Positions 18,173 to 25,767 of a stretch of DNA of 47,504 nt are shown here, piece by piece. This DNA comes from a virus (taxonomy: Duplodnaviria; Caudoviricetes). The stretch spans positions 1 to 47,504 of IMG/VR virus record IMGVR_UViG_3300044983_000169; one strand, given 5' to 3'. Position numbers and translations under genes: made by a program. The notes beneath the pieces are model-generated. The model saw only the letters and a program-made list of their open reading frames with translations. It did no database searches and had not been told where the DNA came from. Each line of letters starts with the position of its first letter. Position 1 is the first letter of the stretch.

Positions 18173-18516
18173 CCGGCCGGACCCCGCTCGGCCTGGCCGC
18201 CGCCCGGCTGCCCGAATTCCTGCTAACGGAGGAGCCGGGCGGCACGTGGAAGGCGATCCCCCGGTACGAGATCACGTGGCAGCTGAAGGCTGCCGGGTGT
18301 CTCGCCGCGATCCGCACGGAGACGCTGGAGCAGCTGGAAGAGGCGTGCCGGATGGAGCGGATGAAACGGGCCAGGGCCGCCGCGCAGACGCATGAGGACG
18401 GCCCCAGCGGCCCCGTCGAGCCGATCGAACTGTCGCCGTACCTGGCCGAGCAGCTGGCTGACCTGGACCCGCTACGGGACGACGGCGGGGACGTGCCGCA
18501 CAACGCGGACGGGTGA
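18169..18516 (+). CDS. Hypothetical protein
   Basis: ATGA coupling. Confidence 0.6.
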   Translation: MTGRTPLGLAAARLPEFLLTEEPGGTWKAIPRYEITWQLKAAGCLAAIRTETLEQLEEACRMERMKRARAAAQTHEDGPSGPVEPIELSPYLAEQLADLDPLRDDGGDVPHNADG

Positions 18517-18523
18517 GCTCAGG

Positions 18524-18787
18524 TCACCTGGCTTCAAAGATGTGGCATCCGTCGTCGGTGACCTCGCCAGTCGGCCAGTACGTGATGGTCAAGGACTCGG
18601 CGGTGGGTATGACCTCAGGATCCGACGGTATGACGAGCGACAGCGGCGGGACGTCCGGCACCCGCCGCATCCGGGGAAGCGTCCGGGTGGTGAATCGCTG
18701 ACCGTCCGCGCGCCCGCCGCGTAGCTGGATGGTGAACGGCTGATCGGCCCACTCCTGCCTGTTGAACTCGGCGAGCGGGTCATTCAT
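18524..18787 (-). CDS. Hypothetical protein
   Basis: LRGG.ADG motif; overlaps upstream stop. Confidence 0.55.
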   Translation of the reverse strand: MNDPLAEFNRQEWADQPFTIQLRGGRADGQRFTTRTLPRMRRVPDVPPLSLVIPSDPEVIPTAESLTITYWPTGEVTDDGCHIFEAR

Positions 18788-18998
18788 CGGCCGCGCGGTC
18801 CTCGACGATCTCGGCCATCCGCTCCGGCGTAGGCCGCTCCGGCAGCTCCACACCCGGACGGCGCAGCCACCAGCGGATCAGCTGATTGATCACCTTCGAC
18901 CGGTCCAGGCCGATGTCTGCGGCCCCGCGTTCCAGGTCGTCCCATTCGGGACCGTCGACACGCAGCGATCGGTGCTGGGTGCGGGGCTTGTTCGGCAC
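18780..18998 (-). CDS. Ribbon-helix-helix DNA-binding protein
   Basis: MPNKPRTQHRSLRVD..EW......A...G.DRSKVI.QLI.WWL. Confidence 0.75.
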   Translation of the reverse strand: MPNKPRTQHRSLRVDGPEWDDLERGAADIGLDRSKVINQLIRWWLRRPGVELPERPTPERMAEIVEDRAADE

Positions 18999-19017
18999 GG
19001 GACCGATCGTCCCAGTT

Positions 19018-19094
19018 GTGTGTACAGGTTTCAACGTTCTACCCCTCACGGCGTTGCCGGTGTGTGTACACCAAGCTAGGGTGTGTGTACACCA
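19018..19094. promoter_or_regulatory. Operator repeats between RHH gene and transfer operon
   Basis: Exact GGTGTGTGTACACCA at 19059 and 19080 (palindromic GTGTACAC core); partial copy at 19018. Confidence 0.7.
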
Positions 19095-19119
19095 CTTGGC
19101 AATCGAGAGAGGGCGCGCG

Positions 19120-19803
19120 TTGAACGCCATCCGCGTCACCCGCACCGTCGCCCGCGGCGCCACCGTCGTCCTCATGGGCGCCGCCGTGCTCATCGCGACC
19201 GGCGACGGCTTCGCCCAGTCCTACGCCGGGCTGCTCGGCTGGGCGCACGAACACCGGCTGCACGGCTGGCGCGCCGACTCGTTCCCGCTGCTGGTCGACC
19301 TGTTCGTCGCCATCGGCGAAATGGGGCTGTTCCTGCTCGCGATCGACGGCTTTCAGCTGGCCCGGCGCCGCGCCCTCTCATGGCTGGATTTGGCACTCCC
19401 GGCAGCGACCGCAACCGCCGGGTGGGGTGTGTCGCTGGCATTCAACGTCGGCCGCATCAGAGGCGGGTCGCTGGCCGACCAGGTGACGGCCGCCGTCGCA
19501 CCCGTCGCGGCGATGGTGGGGCTGCTGATCCTGCTGCGGACCCTCCACCGCTACGTCACCCGGCCCGACACGCCCGCCGACACCGTTTCCGACAGTCCCC
19601 ATGACGATGTCGACGCAGGTCAGGCCACTGATCACAGTCTCGCGTCAGCAGTGCGTTCAGCAGTCGCGGCGGGCCTGACCAAGACCGCCGTCGCCGAGGA
19701 GTACGGGATTAGCCGGTACCGGCTCGGGCAGCTCCTCGCCGACACCCCCATCGACAGCCCAGCGGCACTCAACGGAGCTTCGCCGGACGCGGAGGTTCCG
19801 TGA
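19120..19803 (+). CDS. DUF2637-like multi-TM protein with C-terminal HTH (Spd-like spread protein)
   Basis: SY..L..WA.....GW.A..FPL.VD...S.AFN, about four TMs, HTH-like tail; coupled to translocase gene. Confidence 0.75.
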   Translation: MNAIRVTRTVARGATVVLMGAAVLIATGDGFAQSYAGLLGWAHEHRLHGWRADSFPLLVDLFVAIGEMGLFLLAIDGFQLARRRALSWLDLALPAATATAGWGVSLAFNVGRIRGGSLADQVTAAVAPVAAMVGLLILLRTLHRYVTRPDTPADTVSDSPHDDVDAGQATDHSLASAVRSAVAAGLTKTAVAEEYGISRYRLGQLLADTPIDSPAALNGASPDAEVP

Positions 19804-21965
19804 TGGGCGAGCCGACACGCGACCGCCAGGACGCGCCGCCGCTCTTCCACGGCGAACTGGCCGTGCCGGAAGACCGGCCACCCGAGCGTGTCATCGACGG
19901 AGAGGTCGTCGAACGGCAGCCCGAACCCGTCCGGCCGCGCGCCGCGGTGGCCACCGTCCGCGCCGTTGTCACCGACGTCGCCACCCACCCGCACACCAAG
20001 ACCGCCGCCCGGCACGTCGTCTACGTCGGCGCCGGCGCCGCCATCACCGTCCGCCGCGCCTGGGACGGCCGTACCAGCGCACGCCTCAAACGCTCCATCC
20101 GAGCTGCCGAGGCTCTCGGTAACACCGAGCTGATGCTGGCGCTCGAAGACCGGCTCGCCGCGCACCGGGCCGCCCGCCACCAACGCATGATCGCCATCGT
20201 CGAGCTGCCCGGCCGGGCAGCCGCCGCCGCACCGAAGATCGGGTGGAGCATCCTCGGCCTGCTGTCCGGCTCCGGTGTCCTGATCGCCTGCGCCGACCGC
20301 GACATCCGCGGGATCGCCGTCCCGTTCCGCACGGCCGGGAACATCCTGAAGTGGATCGGCGTGACCGTCGCAGTCGCGTGGGGGCCGCTGATCCTCATCA
20401 CCCCCTGGGTAGTCGTCACCAGCGCCCTGGCCGTGCTGTGGCACATCGGCCGGTCCCAATCCACACTCCCCACCTGGGTGCGGCCGCCCGGACAGGAACA
20501 GCCGGTCAGCGACGACCCGATCACCCCGTCCATCGTGGTCATCGCGCTCCGCGACCTCGGCATCCCCGCGCTCCGCAAAGCCATCAAGGACATGGGCGAC
20601 GCCGGCGCCGCCATGCTCGGCCCGATCCGCATCGCCGGGTGCGGCGACGAGGTCGACGTGAAGCTGCCGTCAGGGGTGTCGACCCTGGAGGTGCAGGACC
20701 GGCGCCGGAAACTCGCCGAGAACCTCGGCCGGCACGAGCACGAGCTGCACATCACCATCCCGAAGGAGGCGCGGACCGTCCGCCTGTGGATCGCCCACTC
20801 GGGGGCGCTGGATGAGCCGATCGGGCCGTCCCCGCTCACCTACGACCTGGAGCTGGTCGCGGACTTCTACACCGGGCACGCCCCGTGGGGCATGGACCTG
20901 CGAGGCGACCCGGCGCCGGTGTCGGTGTTCCAGCGGCATGTGCTGGTCACCGGCAAGTCCAACCAGGGCAAGACGGCCAGCCTGCGGGCGCTCGCGCTGT
21001 GGCTCGCCTTGGACCCGACGGTGGAGTTCCGGATCGGCGACCTGAAGGGTGTCGGGGACTGGCGGCCGTTCGACGGGCTGGCGACGGTGCTGATCCAGGG
21101 CCCGACCGACGAGCACGTCATCGAGGTGACCGAGATGCTGGAGGAGGGCGTCGCGGAGATGGAGCGGCGCCTGGTCGCGCTGGAGCAGTCCGGGGCGACC
21201 GACGGCATCACCCGAGACATGGCGCGCAAGCCCGGCTCCGGCTTCCACCCGATCGTGCTGATCGTGGACGAAGCCCAGGTCGCTTTCATGTGCCCGGCCA
21301 AGAGCCCGGACGGGCGGCCGTACGGCGGTTCGAAGCACACCTCCCGCTACTTCATGGCCGCCCGGAAGATCCACAACCAGGGGCGGGCCGTCAACGTGAT
21401 GCTGTGGCAGGGCACGCAGGACCCGACCGACCAGAACCTGCCGAAGATGGTCCGCGAGGGCGCGCACATCCGCGGGGCGCTGTACCTGGGCACCGAGTCA
21501 CAGTCGAAGATGGCGCTCGGCGACGCCCCCGTCGACGCCGGCGCGGCCCCGCACAAGCTCCGTGACGGCCTGGACCGGGGGACGCTCGTGGTGGCCGGGC
21601 CCGGGGTGAAGCTTCCGGCCGGGCAGCCCAGCGTGACGATCCGGACCCACTTCATCTCGGGTGAGGACGGCGCGGCGATCGCCGAGCGGGCGAAGGAACG
21701 GCGCAGGCCGGTCACCACCCGCACCGCGGCGGCCGTCGAGGAGGAACGCCGCGACCTGCTGGCCGATCTGGCCAAGGTGATGGACGCCGGCGAGAAGGTG
21801 CGGTTGACGGATCTGGTGTCGCGGCTGCGCGAGCTGGCGCCGTCGTGGCGGCCGTACGAGCGGCTGAACGCGACCGGCCTGCGCGCCCAGTTGGAGGAGC
21901 GTGAGGTGAGGGTCACCAACACCGGCAACGTGCTCCGTCTGGACGCTTCAGACCTGCCGACCTAA
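19800..21965 (+). CDS. traB: FtsK/SpoIIIE-family DNA translocase, TraB-like
   Basis: Two TMs, Walker A GKSNQGKT, Walker B LIVDE, GTQDP motif, short helical C-terminal domain. Confidence 0.85.
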   Translation: MMGEPTRDRQDAPPLFHGELAVPEDRPPERVIDGEVVERQPEPVRPRAAVATVRAVVTDVATHPHTKTAARHVVYVGAGAAITVRRAWDGRTSARLKRSIRAAEALGNTELMLALEDRLAAHRAARHQRMIAIVELPGRAAAAAPKIGWSILGLLSGSGVLIACADRDIRGIAVPFRTAGNILKWIGVTVAVAWGPLILITPWVVVTSALAVLWHIGRSQSTLPTWVRPPGQEQPVSDDPITPSIVVIALRDLGIPALRKAIKDMGDAGAAMLGPIRIAGCGDEVDVKLPSGVSTLEVQDRRRKLAENLGRHEHELHITIPKEARTVRLWIAHSGALDEPIGPSPLTYDLELVADFYTGHAPWGMDLRGDPAPVSVFQRHVLVTGKSNQGKTASLRALALWLALDPTVEFRIGDLKGVGDWRPFDGLATVLIQGPTDEHVIEVTEMLEEGVAEMERRLVALEQSGATDGITRDMARKPGSGFHPIVLIVDEAQVAFMCPAKSPDGRPYGGSKHTSRYFMAARKIHNQGRAVNVMLWQGTQDPTDQNLPKMVREGAHIRGALYLGTESQSKMALGDAPVDAGAAPHKLRDGLDRGTLVVAGPGVKLPAGQPSVTIRTHFISGEDGAAIAERAKERRRPVTTRTAAAVEEERRDLLADLAKVMDAGEKVRLTDLVSRLRELAPSWRPYERLNATGLRAQLEEREVRVTNTGNVLRLDASDLPT

Positions 21966-22070
21966 CCCGCTGGCGACACCTAACTTCCTAACTTTCCGCA
22001 GCTCAGAGCACAGGTTACCTAGGAGAGGACCCGAGGTGAGAAACCTAACCCCCTGCCGTCCACCTAACCC
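21960..22070 (+). repeat. clt-like repeat cluster (five CCTAAC)
   Basis: CCTAAC at 21961, 21979, 21987, 22044, 22063, starting at the traB stop. Confidence 0.7.
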
Positions 22071-22082
22071 TGCGAGGCGGCT

Positions 22083-22304
22083 GTGATTCTCGGTCTCACG
22101 GTGTTCGGTGTGGCCGTCTGCTGCCTGGCCGCCTACCGGATTTCGCTGTCCCTGCACCCGTTCACGAACTGTCCGCGCTGCAACGGGAACGGGAAGAACG
22201 CCGGGTCGACCAGGACCAAGTTCGGTCGGTGCCGGAAGTGTGGCGGGTCGGGTCGGCGGGAGCGGCTCGGCCGCCGGGTGTTCGGGATCGACCGGGACCG
22301 GTAA
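22083..22304 (+). CDS. Small TM plus DnaJ-type Zn-finger protein
   Basis: Hydrophobic N-terminus, CPRCNGNG...CRKCGGSG.RERLGRR; similar genes follow traB in actinomycete conjugative elements. Confidence 0.75.
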   Translation: MILGLTVFGVAVCCLAAYRISLSLHPFTNCPRCNGNGKNAGSTRTKFGRCRKCGGSGRRERLGRRVFGIDRDR

Positions 22305-22319
22305 CCCGGACATGCGAAG

Positions 22320-22347
22320 AGGCCCGGTCCCTTCGGGGGCCGGGCCT
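22320..22347. terminator. Probable bidirectional terminator
   Basis: AGGCCCGGTCCC-TTCG-GGGGCCGGGCCT between convergent operons. Confidence 0.8.
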
Positions 22348-22364
22348 TATGACGGCTAGTGATG

Positions 22365-22558
22365 CGGCCGTGCGGTATGTGCCTCTGGCCCGCCTCGAAC
22401 GGGCCGCACTCCCTGCCAGCGAACTGTTTCCCGATGGGAAATGGTTGCCGGGTGTCCTGGTAGCCCACGACAGCAGCAGAGGCATCGCACGCTGGGTCCA
22501 GAGTTCCCTTGGCCCTCGCCGTTCGAAGCGGCGAGGGATCAGGCCAGCGTGCTGGCCC
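22365..22558 (-). ncRNA. Candidate structured RNA with T-arm-like element
   Basis: Nested complementary segments and a GCCCG-UUCGAGG-CGGGC hairpin; no credible ORF. Confidence 0.4.
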
Positions 22559-22559
22559 T

Positions 22560-22631
22560 GCGTCGCGGCCGGGATCGAACCGGCGACCTCCCAACCCGAG
22601 AAGGGCGCTCTGCCAACTGAGCTACACGACT
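22560..22631 (-). tRNA. Degenerate tRNA-like sequence (possible CGG anticodon)
   Basis: Canonical D arm GCTC-AGTTGGCA-GAGC and T arm GCCGG-TTCGATC-CCGGC, 6-bp acceptor stem; weak anticodon stem, no CCA. Confidence 0.65.
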
Positions 22632-22661
22632 AGCGGCACCAACGCGCCGCGTGGGTCCAGG

Positions 22662-22898
22662 CTACATCCGGCCGGGCCGGTACGTCTGGTCGCTGGACGG
22701 GGGGCGCGGGGTGTGCTTGGCCAGCCATCCGGCGACGAACGCGAACGCCCCGGTGACGACGCCGCCGACGAGGCCCTGCACGAGCGTGGTCTGGCCGGAC
22801 AGGAACGGCACGTTGGTGACGATCTCGTACACGATGAAGCTGGTGACGAGCGTGGTCAGCGATGCCGCCTGGACCTTGCGTTCTACGGGTGCGGACAT
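22662..22898 (-). CDS. Holin
   Basis: APVERKV.AAS, two TMs, GWLAKHTPR; end of lysis cassette; AGGAGG RBS. Confidence 0.75.
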   Translation of the reverse strand: MSAPVERKVQAASLTTLVTSFIVYEIVTNVPFLSGQTTLVQGLVGGVVTGAFAFVAGWLAKHTPRPPSSDQTYRPGRM

Positions 22899-23005
22899 GG
22901 TCCCTCCTAGGGACGTTGGACTCGAAGCCCTGTAATCCAAGGTCAGGGGCCTCATTGTTGGAGTGGTGCTCCAAGCCGTTGGAGAAGCTGGGAGCTGGGC
23001 GGGAG

Positions 23006-23917
23006 CTACAGGCCCTTCGCGGCGAGCCACGCCTTGAGCGCGTCAGCCATCCGCTGGTTGGCACCGGCGTGGCGGTGCGTCACCCACAGCCGAGCAGACG
23101 CAGCAAGCACCTGATCAGCCGTGACCACAGGCCCGGGCGGGACCGGTGCGGGACCGGGCGCCGGAAAGGGGTTCGCCTCGCCGGTGAGCTCGTGGAAGGC
23201 CTCACCGAGCCCGTGCAGGTCGATCCCCTCCGGGTCGTGGCCGGCCGCGTCGAACCATTCAGGCAGGACCGCGACCCACGCCTCCTCGGTGACGGCGACC
23301 AGGCATGGCCACGTCATCCGCTGCACCTGGCCCCAGGTGACCACGTACACGTACTTGGCGTCGTAGCCGACGATCGGGACCGCGTGCCCGCCCAGCTGTG
23401 CGCCGGTCGACCGCGCCCACGGCTCCTCGGCGTTGAAGTCGTCCATCATGTCCTGGCTGACGACGATGCCGAGACCGACCGCGCCGAACGCTGCGACGGC
23501 CTGCTTGACCTCGTCGAGCCGCTCGTGGTTCACCTGCGCGAACACGAGGTTGCGGTGGCCGCCGACACCGTTCTTGCGCCAGTCGTTGTAGACGTCCTGG
23601 AGCACCGCGCCCTGATCGGTGGAGGGATCGGCCGGGTTGTAGCCGGAGACGCGCTCATAGGCCGCCAGGACGTCGTTGTCGCCGATTTCGATGGCGCTGC
23701 CGTAGCCGTAGAGGGACGCGTTCTCGATCTCGTGCCCGACCATCGCCTCGGTGCAGTCGCCGATCTGGTCGTTGAGGTACATCGGCCAGTCGGGGGCGGC
23801 GCTGTACCAGTCGACCTGGGCGGGCGGGGCCGCCAGGCCGCGCAGGAACGGGGCGAGTTTCAGCCGGGGGGCATCCGCCTCGGGATGGGCCGGGAGACGG
23901 CCGAACATCAGGGGCAT
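23006..23917 (-). CDS. Papain-like cysteine peptidase
   Basis: NDQIGDCT, GGHAVPIVGYD, VVTWG. Confidence 0.7.
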   Translation of the reverse strand: MPLMFGRLPAHPEADAPRLKLAPFLRGLAAPPAQVDWYSAAPDWPMYLNDQIGDCTEAMVGHEIENASLYGYGSAIEIGDNDVLAAYERVSGYNPADPSTDQGAVLQDVYNDWRKNGVGGHRNLVFAQVNHERLDEVKQAVAAFGAVGLGIVVSQDMMDDFNAEEPWARSTGAQLGGHAVPIVGYDAKYVYVVTWGQVQRMTWPCLVAVTEEAWVAVLPEWFDAAGHDPEGIDLHGLGEAFHELTGEANPFPAPGPAPVPPGPVVTADQVLAASARLWVTHRHAGANQRMADALKAWLAAKGL

Positions 23918-23926
23918 GCAGATCTC

Positions 23927-24775
23927 CTAGTGGGTGATGGCCGCGGTCCAGGCCGCCGCCCAGGTCTTCGAGCCGACCACGCCATCGACCGACAGCTTCT
24001 TCTCGGCCTGGAACGCCCGGCACACCGCCTCGGACGCCGGGCCGTAGACCCCGTCCGCGACGAGGTTCCAGCCGCGGTGCACCATCTGCTCCTGCCAGAT
24101 GAGCACGTCCGTGCCGCGCATCACCGGCGGCTGCGTGAGATCCCGGCCGGGCCACGGCGGAACCGACGGCGGAGGCGGAGGCGGGGCCGGGTTCCCGACC
24201 GTCCACTGGCCATAGTCCGGCTTCGTCGACCGGTCGTAGTCGAGGCCGACGCCGCCGATGATGTGGTCGTTGGAGTACTGCTGGAGCTGGGCGCGCGGGT
24301 CCCACCGGCCGCCGGACCATCCATACGTCTGCCAGGCCCACGCGCAGTGGCCGCCGTCGAGCGCCCGCTTCACCGGGTAGAACCCACCGTAGATGCCCAC
24401 GCGGTCCTTGCCGATGACGCTCGCCGCACCGTCCAGGTAGGCGTTGATCGAGGCCTGCTGGCTGTTGCTGGCATCGAAATCGACCGCGAAGAAGATGGGC
24501 CTGCCCGCGGGCATTCCGCACGCCTTCGCCTGCGCGTCGGCGTCCCTGGCGTCCTGCGCTCCGGCGGCGTGGCCGGCGAGGGCGCGCTGCGCAGTGGTCT
24601 CCCAGACGACGACGATCGCGATGCCGGCCTGCGAGAGCACGGTCGCTTCGGCCTTGGTCAGGTTCTTGCCGCTCGTGTCGTGCGACAGATACCGGGCGGC
24701 GAAGTGCACGCCCGCCGTGGTGAGCGCCTTCGCGCCCGGACGGCCCCACGCGTAGTCGACTCCGAACGTCATCAT
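23927..24775 (-). CDS. Endolysin: DUF1906/GH25-like glycoside hydrolase plus PG-binding domain
   Basis: GVDY...ARYLS...PIFFAVDFD...GIYGG...WQTYGWS; C-terminal DGVYGP...FQ...DGVVG.KTW. Confidence 0.9.
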   Translation of the reverse strand: MMTFGVDYAWGRPGAKALTTAGVHFAARYLSHDTSGKNLTKAEATVLSQAGIAIVVVWETTAQRALAGHAAGAQDARDADAQAKACGMPAGRPIFFAVDFDASNSQQASINAYLDGAASVIGKDRVGIYGGFYPVKRALDGGHCAWAWQTYGWSGGRWDPRAQLQQYSNDHIIGGVGLDYDRSTKPDYGQWTVGNPAPPPPPPSVPPWPGRDLTQPPVMRGTDVLIWQEQMVHRGWNLVADGVYGPASEAVCRAFQAEKKLSVDGVVGSKTWAAAWTAAITH

Positions 24776-25140
24776 GCGCACCTTTGCTCAGGGACCTGCG
24801 GGAACGGGTGCTTGTCCCGCTCCCGCTCCAACCGGTCATTCGTCGTCAGGTAGGCATCCAGCGCCGCCCGCACATCCGCTGGCTTCTTCGCCTGGGTCAC
24901 CGACCGCATCAGCGTGACGGTGTTCTGCCGGTCCTCCGCCGCGACCTGGCTGAGCACGATCGAACGCTGCTGGAACGCCGTGTTGTATCTCGCCTGGCAG
25001 TTGAACTCGCCCTGCACCCGCACCGTGTACAGCAGCCCGAGGGCACCGATTAGCACCGACGGAACCATGACGATCACCACCGACCAGCGGGCCCGCAACG
25101 CACCCGTCGCAGTCAGGACAGGGCCGAGGAACCGGCGCAC
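24772..25140 (-). CDS. Membrane protein in lysis cassette
   Basis: One TM, helical ectodomain with two Cys; GAGG RBS. Confidence 0.7.
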   Translation of the reverse strand: MRRFLGPVLTATGALRARWSVVIVMVPSVLIGALGLLYTVRVQGEFNCQARYNTAFQQRSIVLSQVAAEDRQNTVTLMRSVTQAKKPADVRAALDAYLTTNDRLERERDKHPFPQVPEQRCA

Positions 25141-25146
25141 CTCACA

Positions 25147-25404
25147 TCACCCGCCCGAGCCGCCAGAGGAGGAGGGCGAGGATGAAGGCGAGGCTGGTGA
25201 GGGAGGCTGAGACGACGATGACGCGCCAGGCCCAAGCAACTTGGCCGCTAGTAGCCCGGGCGCCGTGATGAAGACGCCGTACAGCCCGAGCCGCCCGAGA
25301 TCCGGGCTTGTGGTGAACAGGATTTCGTGGATCGCCCCGAACATGCCGAGACCGATAGACACCAGGTCGCTCAGGATGGCCAGCCAGACTGGACGGGTCC
25401 ACAA
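25147..25404 (-). CDS. Two-TM membrane protein
   Basis: Two hydrophobic segments, Ser/Pro tail; GGGGAG RBS. Confidence 0.6.
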   Translation of the reverse strand: MWTRPVWLAILSDLVSIGLGMFGAIHEILFTTSPDLGRLGLYGVFITAPGLLAAKLLGPGASSSSQPPSPASPSSSPSSSGGSGG

Positions 25405-25483
25405 GCGATCAGCTCCCCTCTCGTGAACCGCAGCGCATGATCGTGCGTCTTTGTCGCAGCATCCCTACGCGAGGAGACACCCG

Positions 25484-25765
25484 ATGAGCGTGCGACAACG
25501 GCTCTTCCTGCTGGGCGGCGTCCTACTGCTGCTCGGCCTCCTGGCCGGCTTCTTTCCCTCGGTCGCGAGCGACGGAGTCGAGTGCGGTTCGCCGCTGGTG
25601 GATCAGACTGGAAGCGCAGGTAGCGACATCAAGGCCGGTTGCGCCGATGCCAGGAGGCCTCTCCAGCTGACTTCGATCGGCCTGCTTGCCGGCGGCGCGC
25701 TTATCGTGGCCGGCGGTTGGGTGGCCGGCGGGCGGACGCGGGCAGAGGCGAGCGCCGCCCGGTAG
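25484..25765 (+). CDS. Two-TM membrane protein (moron-like, opposite strand)
   Basis: GAGGAG RBS; TM-CGSP...C-TM. Confidence 0.7.
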   Translation: MSVRQRLFLLGGVLLLLGLLAGFFPSVASDGVECGSPLVDQTGSAGSDIKAGCADARRPLQLTSIGLLAGGALIVAGGWVAGGRTRAEASAAR

Positions 25766-25767
25766 GC

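Noticed and set aside
17302-22347. Independent AICE inserted into the phage
   Set aside because: No own integrase, excisionase, Rep or flanking direct repeats were seen; a reduced remnant cannot be fully excluded.
22560-22631. tRNA fragment as attachment site or prophage boundary
   Set aside because: It is full length, 5 kb from the integrase, and a better attP lies directly after int.
22862-24853. Long plus-strand ORFs (this 663 aa one, 41981-43657, 30370-31839 and others)
   Set aside because: Antisense shadows of well-supported minus-strand genes, expected in high-GC DNA.
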